64,000 bases of DNA from Squalus acanthias (taxonomy: Eukaryota). Where the stretch lies: positions 95,978,001 to 96,042,000 of the forward strand of contig CM059431.1 of NCBI GenBank assembly GCA_030390025.1. The letters are read 5' to 3'. Both the position numbers and the translations under genes were made by a program. The notes below the pieces were generated by a model. It saw only the letters and a list, made by a program, of their open reading frames with translations. It did no database searches and was not told where the DNA came from. Position 1 is the first letter of the stretch, and each line of letters opens with the position of its first letter. Shown one piece after another: positions 61,328 to 64,000 of this stretch.

Positions 61328-62738
61328 AGTTACAATGAGTGAATCTACAATATTCCACAGTATATAAACACAGAAACTGCAGAGATACAATCTTTCAGGG
61401 AAGGTGTCCTTACATCAAAGACACACCAAGAGCACAGCCAAGACAATGAGATGTGTCACAGGGGGTCCAACGTGTCAAATCCTGCTGTCTGCAGTTTTTT
61501 TCTGTGTTTTTTTTAAAAAACTGGAAAGACAGACAACGATGTCGAGTCACGTTCTGTAGCATGACATGAACCCGATATTCTTATTGAGGCCGTCCTCATG
61601 GGTGCGGAACTTGGCTATCAGTTTCTGCTCGATGATTTTGCATTGTCGTGTGTCTCGAAGGCAGCCTTGGAGAACGCTAACCCACAGATCCGAGGCTGAA
61701 TGTCCTTGACTGCTGAAGTGTTCCCCGACTGGGAGGTGACAATCCTGCCTGGCGATTGTTGCGCAGTGTCCGTTCATACGTTGTCTCAGTGTCTGCATGG
61801 TCTCGCCAATGTACCATGCTCTGGGGCATCCTTTCCTGCAACGTATCAGGTAGACACCGTTGGCCGAGTCACATGAGTATGTACCATGTACCTGGTGGGT
61901 AGTGTCCTCACGTGTGATGACGGTATCTGTGTTCATGATCTGGTATGTCTTGCAGAGGTTGCCGTGGCAGGGTTGTGTGGTGTCGTGGTCGCTGTTCTCC
62001 TGACAGCTGGGTAATTTGCTGCGAACGATGGTACTTTTGAGGTTAGGCGGCTGCTTGAAGGTGAGTAGTGGAGGCGTGGGGATGGCCTTAGCAAGGTGTT
62101 CGTCGTCATCGATGACATGTTGAAGGCTGCGAAGAACATGGCGTAGTTTCTCCGCTCCGGGGAAGTACTGGACGGTGCTCCGGGGAAGTACTGGTGACTC
62201 GGCCAACGTTGTCTACCTGATACGTTGCAGGAAAGGATGCCCCAGAGCATGGTACATCGGCGAGACCATGCAGACACTGAGACAACGTATGAACGGACAC
62301 CGCGTAACAATCGCCAGGCAGGATTGTCACCTCCCAGTCGGGGAACACTTCAGCAGTCAAGGACATTCAGCCTCGGATCTGTGGGTTAGCGTTCTCCAAG
62401 GCGGCCTTCGAGACACACGACAACGCAAAATCATTGAGCAGAAACTGATAGCCAAGTTCCGCACCCATGAGGACGGCCTCAATAGGGATATTGGGTTCAT
62501 GTCACGCTACAGAACGTGACTCGACATCGTTGTCTGTCTTTCCAGTTTTAAAAAAAAAACACAAAAAAAAACTGCAGACAGCAGGGTTTGACATGTTGGA
62601 CCCCCTGTGACACATCTCATTGTCTTGGCTGTGCTCTTGGTGTGTCTTTGATGTAAGGACATCTTCCCTGAAAGATTGTACCTCTGCAGTTTCTGTGTTT
62701 ATATACTGTGAAATATTGTAGATTCACTCATTGTAACT

Positions 62739-62776
62739 TTACCTGAGGAAGGGGTGACAGCTCCGAAAGCTTGTAA
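62739..62776 (+). ncRNA. Minimal hammerhead ribozyme motif
   Basis: TTAC-CTGAGGA-A-GGGGT-gaca-GCTCC-GAAA-GCTT-GTAA. Confidence 0.75.
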
Positions 62777-63363
62777 TTTTAAATAAATCTGTTGGACTGT
62801 AACCTGGTGTTCTGCGACTTCTCATGTTGTAATGGAGTATTGCGTCCAGTTCTGGTCACCACACTTTAAGAAGGATTTGAAGGCCCTTGAGAGGGTGCAG
62901 AGCACTTTTACCAGAATGGTTCCGGGGATGGGGGATCTTAGCTACAAGGACAGGTTGGAGAAGCTGGATTTGTTTTAATTAGAGCAAAAGAGTTTGAGGG
63001 GCAATTTGATAGAGGTGTACAAGATTATGACGGGTTTGGATAGGCTAGACGGGGAAAGGCTGTTCCCACTAGTTGATGGTACAAGGACCAGGGGACACAG
63101 ATTTAAGGTTTTGGGCAAGAGATACAGGGGGGATGTGAGGAAAAACTTTTTTACGCAATGCGTGGTGATGACCTGGAACTCGCTGCCGACGGAAGTAGTG
63201 GAAGTGGAGACACAATGTTTTCAAGGGGAGACTGAATAGGCACTTGAAGGAAATAAACTTGGAGGGCTACGGGGATAGAGCGGGGAAATGGGACTGACTG
63301 TATTGCTCTACAGAGAGCCGGCACGGACTCGATGGGCCGAATGGCCTCTTTCTGTGACGGTAT

Positions 63364-64000
63364 GGGGGAGAAATTCATTATCGCCCCATTTGGGGCGCAA
63401 TTATCGGCCGGGCGCAAAGATTATCGCCTCCGACTGCAAACTTGACTTTTATCGCCCCTGGAGGTGATTGGAGCGCTAAATCAGGCGCTACACACCTGTC
63501 TTAAGGCGCAAAGGTCGTGGAGCAAGGCGCTAACTCAGAGAGTGGGCGCAGCGCAGGTGCTGTCAGTTAGCGATGGAACACAGACACACTGGCGCCGGAC
63601 AGTTCTTAAAGGGGAGGGTCGATCTTGCACTCCAGCCACACCCTGCTCATCGGAGCCTTGAATCTTGGCCTGGAGAGACCTGTGCCTAAATCTTCCAGCC
63701 AAGGACTATGGAGAGGGTGAGAGAACAAGCTCAGCACTTCAGCGAGCGGGCCTTGGATGCTCTGGTTGGCGTGGTGGAGCGCAGAAGATCTATACTCTTC
63801 CCTGAGAGTGGCAGGAGGCCTTTGCCGCGCGAGTACAGAAGAGTGTGGAGGGAGGTGGCTCAGAGCGTCTCCTCCAGGAGCATGGTGCCCAGGACCCATA
63901 TACAATGTTGAAAACAGTTCAAGGACCTCACCCGGATCGTCAGGGTGAGTGGCTTTTTTTCAATACCGCTCCATCCCTCCATCTCAACCTCACTCTATGG
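63364..64000 (+). mobile_element. Harbinger element left end with Myb/SANT exon 1 (63708-63944); runs off the window
   Basis: TIR GGGGGAGAAATTCA; FSERALDALVGVVERRRSILFP..VWREVAQSVS..RTHIQC*KQFKDL; donor AGG|GTGAGT. Confidence 0.88.

Larger units (their letters stand above)
61199..62825 (-). mobile_element. Penelope-like element with inverted pLTR, 5'-truncated
   Basis: GIY-YIG ORFs on both strands (61547-62206 -, 62175-62519 +); arms 61241-61872 / 62194-62825; TSD TCATGTTGTAATGG at 61185-61198 and 62822-62835. Confidence 0.93.
60727..63360 (+). mobile_element. 5'-truncated CR1 interrupted by a Deu-SINE fragment (~61099-61196, -) and a Penelope
   Basis: KFADDTKL...LVRPQ resumes as EYCVQFWSPH near 62835; the 3' tail is very similar to CR1-A 17400-17900. 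Confidence 0.88.

Overview
Eukaryotic, almost certainly cartilaginous-fish (shark) intergenic or intronic DNA, judged from HE1-type V-SINEs, Deu-type SINEs and dense CR1 LINEs. No intact host gene is supported. The large majority of the window is nested transposable elements: many CR1 LINEs (one near-complete at 10261-15398, with a 152-bp tandem-repeat 5' end); a second APE-RT LINE family with a tRNA-like head; three Penelope-like retroelements (GIY-YIG + RT) with inverted ends and 13-14 bp target-site duplications (TSDs); PIF/Harbinger DNA transposons (transposase and Myb/SANT gene remnants, plus two ~0.9-kb MITE copies); SINEs; a purine-rich minisatellite; and a ~3-kb CT-rich tract containing an assembly gap. 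Most notable: (i) six minimal hammerhead-ribozyme motifs showing covariation, one travelling as a ~92-bp insert with its own TSD; (ii) an intronless HNRNPDL-like C-terminal fragment and a CpG-rich unknown block embedded inside a Harbinger element; (iii) a CR1 5' repeat whose every unit reads as a GT-AG intron plus a 56-nt exon. TE boundaries without a stated TSD or terminal inverted repeat (TIR) are approximate, and family names come from recognition of motifs, not database searches.
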